This document shows, in pieces, positions 1 through 9,500 of a stretch of DNA of 64,000 nucleotides. Position 1 is the stretch's first letter. Every line of letters begins with the position of its first letter. Both the position numbers and the translations under genes were made by a program. The notes beneath the pieces are model-generated. The model did not search any database and was not told the DNA's origin. It worked only from the letters and a program-made list of their open reading frames with translations. Origin of the DNA: Candidatus Saccharimonadales bacterium (lineage in GTDB: Bacteria; Patescibacteriota; Saccharimonadia; Saccharimonadales; UBA4665); contig DATBED010000042.1 in assembly GCA_036276195.1 (NCBI GenBank), forward strand, positions 1,044 through 65,043, given 5' to 3'.

Positions 1-471
1 GAAAAGCGCGACAAAGCCGTACTTAAAACCGAGGCTCTAAGACAGGCTTGGCGGCTTCGCGAAGCGGGTGAAGAAGCAAGGCCCGAAGAGCTCCGGGCCT
101 TCGACACTATTATTTGGGAACCGCCTACTGAACCAAGCATACCGTGGCGACAGGCACCAGTAGTTCCTGCGCCTGAAGCACCGACGGTTACTCCTGCCGC
201 ACCGGGTGAAACTGACGATATTGTGGCAAAGATCAGGGAAGCCGCTGATTTAGTGAAAAGGACTAAAATGGGTGTAAGTGAACCAAATGCTCAAAAGTCT
301 TTTAAAGAGCTAGGCGATGACTGGTGGACGGCTCTTAATGATTCGGTGGCGGTAAACCATAACCCAAGTTCAACCGCAGAAGATATAGAAGCTGCTGATG
401 CAAAAGTAAAAAGCGCTTATGAGGCCATGTATGAACCGGTTGCAGCTGCCTTTAGAGAAGGCCCCCTGTAA
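1..471 (+). CDS. hypothetical protein, 5' end outside window
   Basis: Frame 1 is open from nt 1 (EKRDKAVLKTEALRQAW...) to TAA 469-471. The ORF track shows only 223..471. No motif recognised. Confidence 0.4.
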   Translation, partial: EKRDKAVLKTEALRQAWRLREAGEEARPEELRAFDTIIWEPPTEPSIPWRQAPVVPAPEAPTVTPAAPGETDDIVAKIREAADLVKRTKMGVSEPNAQKSFKELGDDWWTALNDSVAVNHNPSSTAEDIEAADAKVKSAYEAMYEPVAAAFREGPL

Positions 472-555
472 AGCTCAAGGGTTTTGCATCTGGAATTTAG
501 AGAGGTAGCCGCCCAAGAGATGGTATATATCGATGACTAAATAAGCTTCTGCCAC

Positions 556-600
556 TTGACTTCTATCCTTTAATACTATAGTCTTTAAGGATAGAGGAGT
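556..600 (+). promoter_or_regulatory. possible promoter/operator of the higBA-like pair
   Basis: TTGACT 556-561 and TATAGT 577-582, but the spacer is only 15 nt. A 9-bp inverted repeat, tctatcctt 562-570 / aaggataga 587-595, precedes a GGAG Shine-Dalgarno (SD) sequence before the TTG start at 609. Confidence 0.3.
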
Positions 601-608
601 GTCGTTCG

Positions 609-998
609 TTGAGAATCTTCGCAATAAAACGGTTCCACGCGTGGGCCAAAGGCCACGAATTAACTGATGCCCTCTTGAGACGCGCCGTCGAAGAAATAGC
701 ACAGGGTAACGTTGAGGCAAACTTAGGTGGTCATCTATATAAGAAACGGATCGCCACAAAAGGCAGAGGTAAAAGCGGAAGTGTGCGAACGCTGGTCGCT
801 TACTCGGCAAAGCAAAGAACCTTTTTTCTGTATGCCTTTGAAAAGAACGATCAGAGCAATATTACCCCAAGGGAAAAGATAGCTCTGCAAGAATTAGGCA
901 AATTCTATCTTGGCCTTACCGACAAAGAGTTAACGCTTCGTCTCAAAAACCGGGCGATCATAGAAGTAAAAGAAGAAGGGAGTGAGCATGGACGGTAA
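609..998 (+). CDS. RelE-fold toxin of the HigB-2 / COG4737 type
   Basis: 129 aa. MRIFAIKRFHAWAKGHELTD..AVEEIAQGNVEANLGGHLYKKRIATKGRGKSGSVRTLV matches the family pattern recalled for COG4737 toxins. It overlaps the downstream HTH gene by 17 nt. Confidence 0.7.
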   Translation: MRIFAIKRFHAWAKGHELTDALLRRAVEEIAQGNVEANLGGHLYKKRIATKGRGKSGSVRTLVAYSAKQRTFFLYAFEKNDQSNITPREKIALQELGKFYLGLTDKELTLRLKNRAIIEVKEEGSEHGR

Positions 999-1284
999 AA
1001 CAATTATGGAAGTCGTGCTGGAAGCAGCAAACGACGCTAAAGCAGACAAAATCACCATGGACAAGCTGGAGAGTTTAGCTCTGCCCCAGGTACAAGCACT
1101 GACGCCAGCGCAGATTAGACAGCTACGGGAGCAGTCTAAGTTAAGCCGCAGCGTGTGGGCCAAAGTACTCAACGTGGGAGTTACGACAGCCCAAAAATGG
1201 GAGAGCGGTAAAACACGCCCGGATGGCGCGGCGCTCAAGCTGCTTAATTTAGTGCGGACGCACGGGGTAACGACGCTGTTGTAA
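982..1284 (+). CDS. XRE-type HTH antitoxin (HigA-2 / COG2944-like)
   Basis: 100 aa. The C-terminal HTH is LTPAQIRQLREQSKLSRSVWAKVLNVGVTTAQKWESGKTRP. It overlaps the toxin stop. Start could be GTG 982 or ATG 988. Confidence 0.7.
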   Translation: MSMDGKTIMEVVLEAANDAKADKITMDKLESLALPQVQALTPAQIRQLREQSKLSRSVWAKVLNVGVTTAQKWESGKTRPDGAALKLLNLVRTHGVTTLL

Positions 1285-1321
1285 TAGTGATTGTGGCTCA
1301 GGCTCTGACGGTTCTGGAACC

Positions 1322-1330
1322 TGATATAAT
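1322..1330 (+). promoter_or_regulatory. extended -10 promoter element (TGaTATAAT)
   Basis: TG 1322-1323 plus TATAAT 1325-1330, lying 11 nt before ATG 1342. No good -35. Confidence 0.35.
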
Positions 1331-1341
1331 TAGTGTTGCCG

Positions 1342-2499
1342 ATGGCGACATACAAACTGATACAAGACATTGAGGCCGAGGATCACATCCTGGGGCCGCT
1401 AACGCTGCGCCAGTTTATTTTCGCACTGATTGCCGCCTTTTTTGGCTACCTCTGCTTTATCGTGGCCACCAGGGGAGTGGCTTTTCTGCTGATATTATTC
1501 GCGCCGCCGGCCCTGTTTTTTGCCTTTTTCGCCTTGCCATTCGGTAAAGACCAGCCGACCGAGATCTGGTTCCTGGCCAAATTGCGCTTTTGGTTACTGC
1601 CGCGCAAGCGCATGTGGGATCAGAGCGGCGTCAAGGAGCTGGTGACTATTACCGTGCCTAAAAAGGTCGAGCAGGTGCTGACCGATGGCTTGAGCCAAAC
1701 AGAGGTCAAAAGCCGCTTGCAGGCCCTGGCTAACACCATTGACAGCCGCGGCTGGGCCGTTAAAAACGTTAACGTTTATACACCGCAAGTAGTGGTTGGT
1801 GGTAGCGATTCCGATCGCTTGCTTGATCTGAGCAGCTTCCCGCAGGAGGTGCCGGCTGACGCTACTCCGGCGTCTGACGACATTCTAGATAACAGCAGCC
1901 CGGTCGCCCAGCAGATGGACGCCATGGTTAGCCAATCCGTTCAGGCCCACCATCAGAAGCTGATGGAAGAGTTAAATAGGCCTGAGCCTACTGCCGCTGC
2001 GGCCCCGGCCGGCCACTGGTTTATGTCGCCCTCAGCGGCCCAAGACCCGGCCATGCCGGCAGCGCTCCCCCTGATGCCGGCGGCGCCCCTGTCTGTGCCG
2101 GCTCCTTTGCCAAATCCTGTGCCAAATTTTGTGCCGGCTCCTCTGGTACCGCTGCCTAGCATGCCGTCGTACAGCTACACACCGCCGCCGGTTGCTCCGG
2201 ATGTTCCAGCCGGCAGCTTGGCTAACGAAGATCAGTTAACCAAGGAACTGAAGAGCCATGCCACAAAGGGCGCCGCCTACGGCCACATGCGCACCTTGCG
2301 GCCGTTGAGCGACCAGCCAGTGGCTTCGCCTGCGCCGGCCGTTAGCGCTGCTCCTGTACCAGTCCCGACTGATCCAGATATACTGGCCCTAGCTGGCAAC
2401 AACGACCTTAATGTCGAAACGCTGGCCCGCCAGGTGCACAAAACCCACAAAGACAAGGGTAGCGCTGATCCTAACGAAGTAGTGATTTCACTCCATTAA
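1342..2499 (+). CDS. PrgI family (VirB3-like) T4SS membrane protein with long Pro/Ala-rich tail
   Basis: The N-terminus YKLIQDIEAEDHILGPLTLRQFIFALIAAFFGYL plus two TM helices is the PrgI pattern. About 250 aa of low-complexity P/A-rich sequence follow. The track start is 1333 (GTG); ATG 1342 is preferred. Confidence 0.65.
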   Translation: MATYKLIQDIEAEDHILGPLTLRQFIFALIAAFFGYLCFIVATRGVAFLLILFAPPALFFAFFALPFGKDQPTEIWFLAKLRFWLLPRKRMWDQSGVKELVTITVPKKVEQVLTDGLSQTEVKSRLQALANTIDSRGWAVKNVNVYTPQVVVGGSDSDRLLDLSSFPQEVPADATPASDDILDNSSPVAQQMDAMVSQSVQAHHQKLMEELNRPEPTAAAAPAGHWFMSPSAAQDPAMPAALPLMPAAPLSVPAPLPNPVPNFVPAPLVPLPSMPSYSYTPPPVAPDVPAGSLANEDQLTKELKSHATKGAAYGHMRTLRPLSDQPVASPAPAVSAAPVPVPTDPDILALAGNNDLNVETLARQVHKTHKDKGSADPNEVVISLH

Positions 2500-2546
2500 G
2501 TTACGCTTAGTGTTGTGCCTGCCTGTCTGGAGCCCTCTTTTTGTAA

Positions 2547-2692
2547 TTTTGAGTTTTTCACGAAATTCTGTTAATCGGCAAATCTCTAAGGTGTTAAAAT
2601 AAACAGTTTCACAAAATTCCGTTAAAAACTCAAAATGCCGAAAACGTTCAACCAAGAACCCTGTTGTAAATTTTAAGGGTTTAGAGGCGGCC
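2547..2692. repeat. copy A of a 3-copy intergenic element (two 18-bp quasi-palindromic boxes at 2557-2574 and 2608-2625)
   Basis: Near-identical to 22066-22208 and, as reverse complement, to 18241-18335. It lacks the cccccg/cggggg module of copies B and C. Confidence 0.85.
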
Positions 2693-2742
2693 AAGGCGCC
2701 GGCCTGGCCGGATGGTATGTGGATTTGACATTGGTGGCAGCG

Positions 2743-2771
2743 ATGACAGCCGAGGCTGATCCTGCTATACT
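2743..2771 (+). promoter_or_regulatory. candidate sigma70-type promoter for the virB4 genes
   Basis: ATGACA 2743-2748, 17-nt spacer, TATACT 2766-2771. Confidence 0.35.
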
Positions 2772-2806
2772 AACCATAAACGAAAAGGTGGGCGCCGTCA
2801 GCGAAC

Positions 2807-3901
2807 ATGAATCCTCAAACAAATAATCCAGACCCCTTGGCAAACGGGCAGCCGGTGGCTGTGCCTTTTCAGCCTGGCGAGGTTTCGATTCAACCGGCCG
2901 GCTTGCCGCGTGCCGAAGGTCAGCGCTTCGCGGCGCCGATTAGCTTTAGTGGACCAATAAGTACCGGTGAGCCGGTCATTCCCATCCAGCCGCCAGCCCA
3001 GCCGTTGACTGTGCCATTGCCGCCGCCAGTGATCCAGCCCCACACCCTGGCACCACCGGTGCCGGTTGGTGGTGTCATGCCGGAGCGGCCAGGCCCGCCT
3101 TCGCCGCCGCAACCGGTGGCCACTCAAGCCGCGTCGCCGCAGGCCAAAACCGGTACTGGCGGTACGCCGCCGGTCCATTCGCACAGCACCCAAAACTCTC
3201 TGCAAATCGCTGAAATTCGCGACGGCATCGTAATCATGAGTGACGGATCATTTAGAGCAGTGCTAATGGTTAAAAGTATCAACTTCGATCTGATGAGCCA
3301 GCAAGAGCAAGAGGCGGTGGAGTATTCCTACCAGGGCTTTTTGAACTCGCTGTACTTTCCGGTTCAGATCTTTATTCGCTCGCAAAAGGTCGACCTGCAG
3401 CCCTACATTGAGAAGCTAGATAAAATCCGAACCGAGCACGACAACATGTTGCTGGCGCTGATGATGGAGGATTATATCGGCTACATTGATGCCCTTAGCC
3501 AACAGACCAACATCATGGACAAGAAGTTTTACATTGTGGTTCCTTTCTTCCCTGTGGTTGACGCCCAGCAGGCGCTGACCCAAAGCAAGAACTTCCTAAC
3601 CGGCTTGGGCAGCCTGTTCAACAAGCAAGACAAGCACGTGGTGATCAACGAGGCCGATCTGGAAAACGCCAAAACCGAGCTGCGCAACCGGGTGCAGGCG
3701 GCGCTGGCCGGCTTGCAACAGTGCGGTATTCAAGGCCTGCCGCTCGACACCCAAGAGCTGATCGAGCTGTATTACGACTCTTACAACCCCGACACGGCTA
3801 CCCGCCAACAGCTCAAGAATTTCGACCATTTGACGGCCGACATTGTCACCAAAGGGCAGGGCGCCGCACCGCAGGCCCACTTGCAGAGGGAGCTTAACTG
3901 A
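2807..3901 (+). CDS. VirB4 N-terminal-domain-like protein without P-loop, proline-rich N-terminus
   Basis: 364 aa. The first ~140 aa are Pro-rich. The segment IAEIRDGIVIMSDGSFRAVLMVKSINFDLMSQQEQEAVEYSYQGFLNSLYFPVQIFIRS resembles the N-domain of Gram-positive VirB4/TraE proteins. The stop overlaps the next ATG (TGATG). Confidence 0.45.
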   Translation: MNPQTNNPDPLANGQPVAVPFQPGEVSIQPAGLPRAEGQRFAAPISFSGPISTGEPVIPIQPPAQPLTVPLPPPVIQPHTLAPPVPVGGVMPERPGPPSPPQPVATQAASPQAKTGTGGTPPVHSHSTQNSLQIAEIRDGIVIMSDGSFRAVLMVKSINFDLMSQQEQEAVEYSYQGFLNSLYFPVQIFIRSQKVDLQPYIEKLDKIRTEHDNMLLALMMEDYIGYIDALSQQTNIMDKKFYIVVPFFPVVDAQQALTQSKNFLTGLGSLFNKQDKHVVINEADLENAKTELRNRVQAALAGLQQCGIQGLPLDTQELIELYYDSYNPDTATRQQLKNFDHLTADIVTKGQGAAPQAHLQRELN

Positions 3902-5844
3902 TGCTTGGCAAGAAGAAGCAAGCGGTCGACCCGGTGGCTGTGGCCCAAGCCCAGCGGGCCCGTGAAGAACAAGAAGTGCAGGCCGCTTTTCAAAAGGGCA
4001 TTACGGCGCTACGCGACTTTATTGCACCGAGCTCGCTGGAGCTTAAAAGCACCTACTTTCAGCTGGGCACGCGTTACGCCCGCACTTTTTACGTGTTTGG
4101 CTACCCGCGCCAGGTCTACACCGGCTGGCTAAGCGGCCTGGTTAACGTTGACGAGGTGGTCGACATTAGCATGTACATTTACCCGGTCGAAAGCCAGGTG
4201 GTACTAGAGAACCTGCGCAAGAAGGTGACGCAGCTGGAGGCCGGCATTCAAATCGACAGCGAGAAGGGGCGGGTGCGCGATCCGGCCAAGCAGGCCGCCA
4301 TTCTCGACGCCGAAGAAATGCGCGACAAGCTGCAGGTCGGCGAAGAACGCTTCTTCCGTTTTGGCCTGTACTTCACCTTGTACGCCGGCAGCATGGAAGA
4401 GCTGGAGTTCGTCTCTCATAAAGTCGAGTCAATGCTCGGCCAGCAGCTGGTTTACAGCAAGCCGGCCACTTCGCAGCAGGAGCAGGGCTTGAACAGCACC
4501 GTGCCGCAAATGGTCGACCAGCTGCAGATCCGCCGCAACATGAGCACCGGCGCTTTGAGCACCAGCTTTCCCTTCACCAGCGCCGACTTGTCGCAAGACA
4601 CCGGCATTTTGTACGGCATCAACATGCACAACTCCGGTCTGGTTATTTTTGACCGCTTCTCGCTGGAAAACGGCAACTCGGTGGTCTTCGCCAAGTCGGG
4701 CGCCGGCAAGTCGTTCCTGGTTAAGCTGGAAGCATTGCGCAGCATGATGTTCGGCACCGAAATTTTTATCATCGACCCCGAGAACGAGTACCAGCGCATG
4801 GCTGACGCCGTTGGCGGCGCTTACGTGCGTCTTAGCTTGAACTCTTCCACCAGGATTAACCCGTTTGATTTGCCGAAAGTAGTTGACGCCGAAGAAGCCG
4901 ACAACGCCTTACGATCTAACTTGATCACGCTGCATGGGCTACTGCGCCTAATGATGGGCGGCGCCCAGATTCAGATGCAAGGCGGCGGCATGATGCCGGC
5001 CCTGGCGCCCAGCGAAGAAGCCGACCTCGACGCCGCGCTAATCGAAACCTACGCTAAAGCCGGCATCACCAACGACCCGTTAACGCACACCGCCCAGCCG
5101 CCGACCATCGCCGACCTCTACGACACGCTGCTGCACATGGGCGGCACCGGCCCGCAGCTGGCGCAGCGCCTGCGCAAGTACACCAGCGGCACCTTCGCCG
5201 GCATTTTCAGCCAACAGAGCAATATCGACATCAATAATCCGCTGGTGGTGTTCAACCTGCGCGACCTGGAAGACGAGCTGCGCCCTGTCGCCATGTATAT
5301 TGTGCTGAACTTTATCTGGAACAAGACCAAGGCCGACCAAAAACGTCGCTTGCTGGTGGTCGACGAGGCCTGGCAGCTAATGAAGTACGAGGATTCGGCC
5401 AACTTCTTGTTCTCGCTGGCCAAGCGGGCCCGTAAGTACAACCTGGGCATCACCACGGTGACGCAAGACGTCGAAGACTTTATGGGCTCGCGCATGGGCC
5501 GGGCGATTGTGGCCAACGCCTCAATGCAGTTCTTATTGAAGCAGTCGAGTTCGGCCGTCGACGTGCTGACCGATGTTTTCAAGTTAACTAGCGAGGAGCG
5601 TAAGCGTCTTAGCCAGTTCCCGGTCGGCCAGGGCCTGTTTTTTGCCGGCCAGAACCATGTGCACATTCAGGTGGTGGCCAGCCCGACCGAGACATCGCTG
5701 ATCACTACCAATCCGGAGCAGGTCCAACAGATCAATGCTGCCGCGGCGGCCGGCCCGGCAGCGGCCGGCGAATTCAACCAGCCGACCGGCACGATCGACC
5801 TGGGCAACCGCCTGGCGCCCGGCAGTTCCGGCACCAGCGCTTAA
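3901..5844 (+). CDS. virB4: VirB4/PrgJ/TrsE-family type IV secretion ATPase
   Basis: 647 aa. Walker A is VFAKSGAGKSF and Walker B is RRLLVVDEAWQLM. The N-domain FQLGTRYARTFYVFGYPRQVYTGWL is typical of Gram-positive VirB4. Confidence 0.85.
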   Translation: MLGKKKQAVDPVAVAQAQRAREEQEVQAAFQKGITALRDFIAPSSLELKSTYFQLGTRYARTFYVFGYPRQVYTGWLSGLVNVDEVVDISMYIYPVESQVVLENLRKKVTQLEAGIQIDSEKGRVRDPAKQAAILDAEEMRDKLQVGEERFFRFGLYFTLYAGSMEELEFVSHKVESMLGQQLVYSKPATSQQEQGLNSTVPQMVDQLQIRRNMSTGALSTSFPFTSADLSQDTGILYGINMHNSGLVIFDRFSLENGNSVVFAKSGAGKSFLVKLEALRSMMFGTEIFIIDPENEYQRMADAVGGAYVRLSLNSSTRINPFDLPKVVDAEEADNALRSNLITLHGLLRLMMGGAQIQMQGGGMMPALAPSEEADLDAALIETYAKAGITNDPLTHTAQPPTIADLYDTLLHMGGTGPQLAQRLRKYTSGTFAGIFSQQSNIDINNPLVVFNLRDLEDELRPVAMYIVLNFIWNKTKADQKRRLLVVDEAWQLMKYEDSANFLFSLAKRARKYNLGITTVTQDVEDFMGSRMGRAIVANASMQFLLKQSSSAVDVLTDVFKLTSEERKRLSQFPVGQGLFFAGQNHVHIQVVASPTETSLITTNPEQVQQINAAAAAGPAAAGEFNQPTGTIDLGNRLAPGSSGTSA

Positions 5845-5847
5845 GCC

Positions 5848-5877
5848 TTGCAGGCGTGCATCGTTTTGTAGTACAAT
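5848..5877 (+). promoter_or_regulatory. promoter of relB/yafQ cassette
   Basis: TTGCAG 5848-5853, 18-nt spacer, TACAAT 5872-5877, then ATG 9 nt downstream. It begins immediately after the left direct repeat. Confidence 0.4.
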
Positions 5878-5886
5878 GTATGCACT

Positions 5887-6168
5887 ATGAATAGTACGGC
5901 CCTGACCATCAGAACCGATCCTAAGACCAAAAAGGCCATAGCAGACTTTGCGGCCTCTGTTGGCCTGTCTACCAGCGCCTTCGCGACGGCCATCCTTAAG
6001 CAAGCCGTGCGGGAGGGCCGTGTGGTATTAAGTCCTGCTCTGGAACCCACGCCGTATCTAGAGAAAATCATGCGTCAAGCAGATAAGGACATAAAGAAAG
6101 GCACAAACCTATCGCCGGTATTCGACTCGGTTGATGACATGTTCGATCACCTTGAAAAGACTGCCTAA
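5887..6168 (+). CDS. RelB/DinJ-family antitoxin
   Basis: 93 aa. The N-terminal RHH-like segment is LTIRTDPKTKKAIADFAASVGLSTSAFATAILKQAVREGR. Architecture resembles DinJ. Confidence 0.7.
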   Translation: MNSTALTIRTDPKTKKAIADFAASVGLSTSAFATAILKQAVREGRVVLSPALEPTPYLEKIMRQADKDIKKGTNLSPVFDSVDDMFDHLEKTA

Positions 6169-6173
6169 AAGTC

Positions 6174-6431
6174 ATGAAGGTGCGCTATCTTAAATCTTTC
6201 CAAAAGCAAGTAGTAAAGCTGCAACCGGCCCAAACTAACCGGCTCAAAGCTGCGCTGTTGCTGTTCCAGATCGAACCAGACCACCCAGACCTTTACAATC
6301 ATCCTCTTACTGGTAACTGGGCGGGTTATCGCTCGATTGCCTTCGGAGGAGACTTACGGGCGCACTACAAAATGGTTAACGACATTGCGGTTTTCGTGGC
6401 TTGCGGCAGACACAGCCAGCTCTATAAATAG
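6174..6431 (+). CDS. YafQ/RelE-family mRNA interferase toxin
   Basis: 85 aa. It carries the HPLTGNWAGYRS motif typical of YafQ/RelE-type toxins and starts 5 nt after the antitoxin. Confidence 0.7.
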   Translation: MKVRYLKSFQKQVVKLQPAQTNRLKAALLLFQIEPDHPDLYNHPLTGNWAGYRSIAFGGDLRAHYKMVNDIAVFVACGRHSQLYK

Positions 6432-6548
6432 CTCCGCGCCCGGCAGCTCCGGCACCAGCGTTTAAGCCGGCCTTCAGACAAGGGTAAACTCGACCGTTTT
6501 AAGGTATAATGGTAAACGTAAGAATTAAGACTTAGGTGAAAAACCAAC

Positions 6549-9500
6549 ATGGCAAATCAGGTCTATGACCCCAGGGCCGACGAAGAACGTGCACCAGAAT
6601 CTGATGATCTAAGCCCAGAACACGGCGCCGCAGCCGGCAAACCTTATGATCCGCGTGGCCACGATGTCGCGGCCGGTAACTCATCTGACCCTCGCGGGGA
6701 CGGACTTAGTGATGTCCGACAAGCCGAAAATAGCCCCGGCCTTTATAACCCAAAGGGTGACAAAAGCGAAAACCCAAGCGGCCTCAAGGGTTCTGAGGAA
6801 TCAACTGGCGGAGGCGACACCGTTGGGAGTGGCTACAACGACGACAAGGAACCAACCAAAAGACAAAGAGCTAAGGCGGGTTGGGCCATACTCAAAAATC
6901 GCAAAGTCCTTGTTGGGGGTGGTAGTGGCATCATAATTAGCGTAATCGTAGCTTTTCTATCTCTAAGCTCTGGTCCGCTGGAGTTTATTCACATTGCCCA
7001 GCTGCTCGAAAAGTTCCATTTCTCGGCCCAACAAGACGGTGAAGCCAGCCGACTTATGAAAATAGCTCGCTTCATTAACGACCCGTCAAAACCTCAAAAC
7101 ACCCGTCTAGGCATAATAGGCAATGCAGTAGCTAACAATTTGGAGGCCAAGATTCACGACGCCACCGGCCTAAATAATAAGTACAATAGCCAGACTGGTA
7201 AGTTTGAGGGGTACTCAGTTGACCCGAAACATGAAAACTTTAAAGATAAGACCAACCAGCAAATTATAGACGAGCTCGTAAGCACCTACGGCATAAACGA
7301 ATCACAGATTACCTTAACGCCCCAGATAAAAGGGGCGCCAGAAGTTAGCTTTAACCCGGATACCGGCGGTTCGGCTTTAAATCCTATAAACACCGTAAAG
7401 AGTTATCGTAACCAAACCGGCTTTGCCCGTTCTTTACTGGGGAAAGCAGGCTTGAGCAAGGTTTCAGCCTGGGCCGGCACCAGGGTACTAACCAAAAGAG
7501 CTGGCTGGACCTTTCACCCGATAAAGGCACTAGATTCGGCGTATCAGCAACAGCTTTTAAAAGGCGGCAAGAAGGTGTTTGATAAGCTTAAAGAGCAGTT
7601 CAATAGTCAAGAGACTAGCTCAATAGCTAGTGACACCACCGCCCCCCCAAGTACGCCAGAAAACAGTAATGAACAAGGTCCAAATGGCCAACCCGCAAAT
7701 GACTCTAACAGAACGAGTGCGGCCAACGCCGGCAATAGCGTCCAAGCCGATCCATCCGAGACTAATGTTAAGGCCAAGATTGCAGGTGGCGGCGCCGCCT
7801 TAGTTGGTGTTGCCTGTGTCATGCATGGCATTGATGAAAGCGTTCCGAAATTAAGGGAAGCGAAGGTTATATTTCCTATGATGGAATTTGCCGGCCAGTT
7901 TATAAGTCTTGGCAGCCAGGCGCAAAGCGATCAAGACATAACCACGGCCCAGCTTGGCTTATATAAACCGTTCCTAGATGGCACCAACAGCCAAGGCCAG
8001 GTTACTTCAACCTGGAATCAAGCCCAGAGTATCCAGGCCGAGCTTGGCGAGCCGCAAAACGGCCCTGATCTTCCTAAGAGCGCTCAAGTGTTTAACGCTG
8101 GGGTGCCCTTCGGATTTATCGATGGAATTCCCGGGCTGGGCGGCATTTGCAGTATTTTGGGAAGTCCACTTGGCCAAATTGCTGGCACAATCCTTTCGCC
8201 TTTCGCAACGGCCTTTCAGTCAGTTGCGATCGGACCATTAATCTCGGATTTTACCGGTTGGTTATCTGGTGTGCCGATAGACATTCTTAAAGGTGCTGGT
8301 GCTGTGGATGGTAACTACATTAACTACGGTGCCAGGGCTGCGGCTGACCAGCAGTATGCCTCGGCGGGTGGCACGACCATGAGCTCAAGCGACGAGTCCA
8401 ACCTAAAAAATACGACTGTGGCGCTCGATAACAAGGATTTCCAATCAAAAAGCCTGGCTTATCGTATCTTTAATCCCGACGACGCTCAGAGCCTGGCTTC
8501 TAATATTATGGATAATTATGGCTCGAGCGGCATTGCTCAAGGCTTTGCCAGCATGTTCCATAGTTTTGGCAGTATATTTACGGCCGCTTTAAGGGTGCCG
8601 GCTACTCTATTCTCTGGCATTACGCATGCCGCAAGCCAGCCTTATGATTACCATGGCTTGCAGAAGGTTGGCTTCACGGCGGCCGACTTAGCTAATCCGC
8701 TGTTTGATAATTCGTTTCAAAATGGCTGTGATGTAACAGGTGGATGTAAAAAGCCAGATGGCACGCCGGTTGGCCCCACAATAAGCCAAAGCGTCCTAGG
8801 AGATCCGGCGAATCCAAACCAAGCAAACAAAGACGTAATTACCAAAGTTAATACCTGTTTTGGCGACACGATCTCTAATGACGGCACTATGTGGAACATT
8901 GACTACGGCTCAGCGCCCCTGGACATGTATAGCGACGCTTACACTTCAGCTAATTGCGACAGCCATGACACGTCGTGGATGCGCGTTCGCTTCTGGATAC
9001 TCGATACCCAAACCTTGGAAGGCTATGACTGCAGCCAAAGCAACTCCTCGACAGCCGACCAATCTTGCACGGACATTGGCTTCAACACCTCTGGATCAGG
9101 CAGCAGCTCAACTACCACAGCCCCGACAGCCTCCAGCCCCGCACCTACGGGTAGCGCAAAAGATTTGGCCGCACAGCTCCTACCTTACATTAGTCAGAAA
9201 AAAATATCTTGTAATAACCAAGCTAGCGACTGCCCCGACATTCAAAATACAGCTAATGGTGTAAGTATAAAAGGTGGACAGGGCTGCCAAGTCGATTCAC
9301 TACAACCAGGATTATTGGGCATGTTATTAAAGCTAGTGCAGATGGGTCATACGTTTGTTCTTTCGGCAATATGTAGTGATCATTCTAATGATGGCTTGGG
9401 TGGACATGCTGGTGGTCGAGCGGCTGATTTCAATATAATTGATGGGGTGTTTATGGGGCCCGACGATGTGCCCTGGGACAGTACAAAAATTGCAGCTGGA

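Larger units (their letters stand above)
5815..6468 (+). mobile_element. putative inserted RelB/YafQ cassette bounded by 33-bp imperfect direct repeats
   Basis: gcgcccggcagTtccggcaccagcgCttaagcc at 5815-5847 repeats as gcgcccggcagCtccggcaccagcgTttaagcc at 6436-6468 (31/33 identical). The left copy supplies the last 9 codons and the stop of virB4. Confidence 0.5.

Noticed and set aside
2488-2694. A 68-aa ORF inside repeat copy A and its 67-aa counterpart at 22075..22278 share KPLKFTTGFLVERF..F.FLTEFCETVYFNTL.ICRLT.FR, which might suggest a conserved small protein.
   Set aside because: The similarity follows from near-identical nucleotide sequence. The equivalent frame in copy B is broken by a stop (cag cct ttt TAG at about 18246-18256). 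The 22075 ORF also overlaps the GT4 gene out of frame. A non-coding element is the better explanation.
2807-5844. A virB4 pseudogene split by a frameshift.
   Set aside because: The 647-aa ORF already has its own N-domain and a complete ATPase domain. The upstream ORF ends with a clean TGATG coupling overlap and has an unrelated Pro-rich head. A paralogous subunit is more likely than a broken gene.
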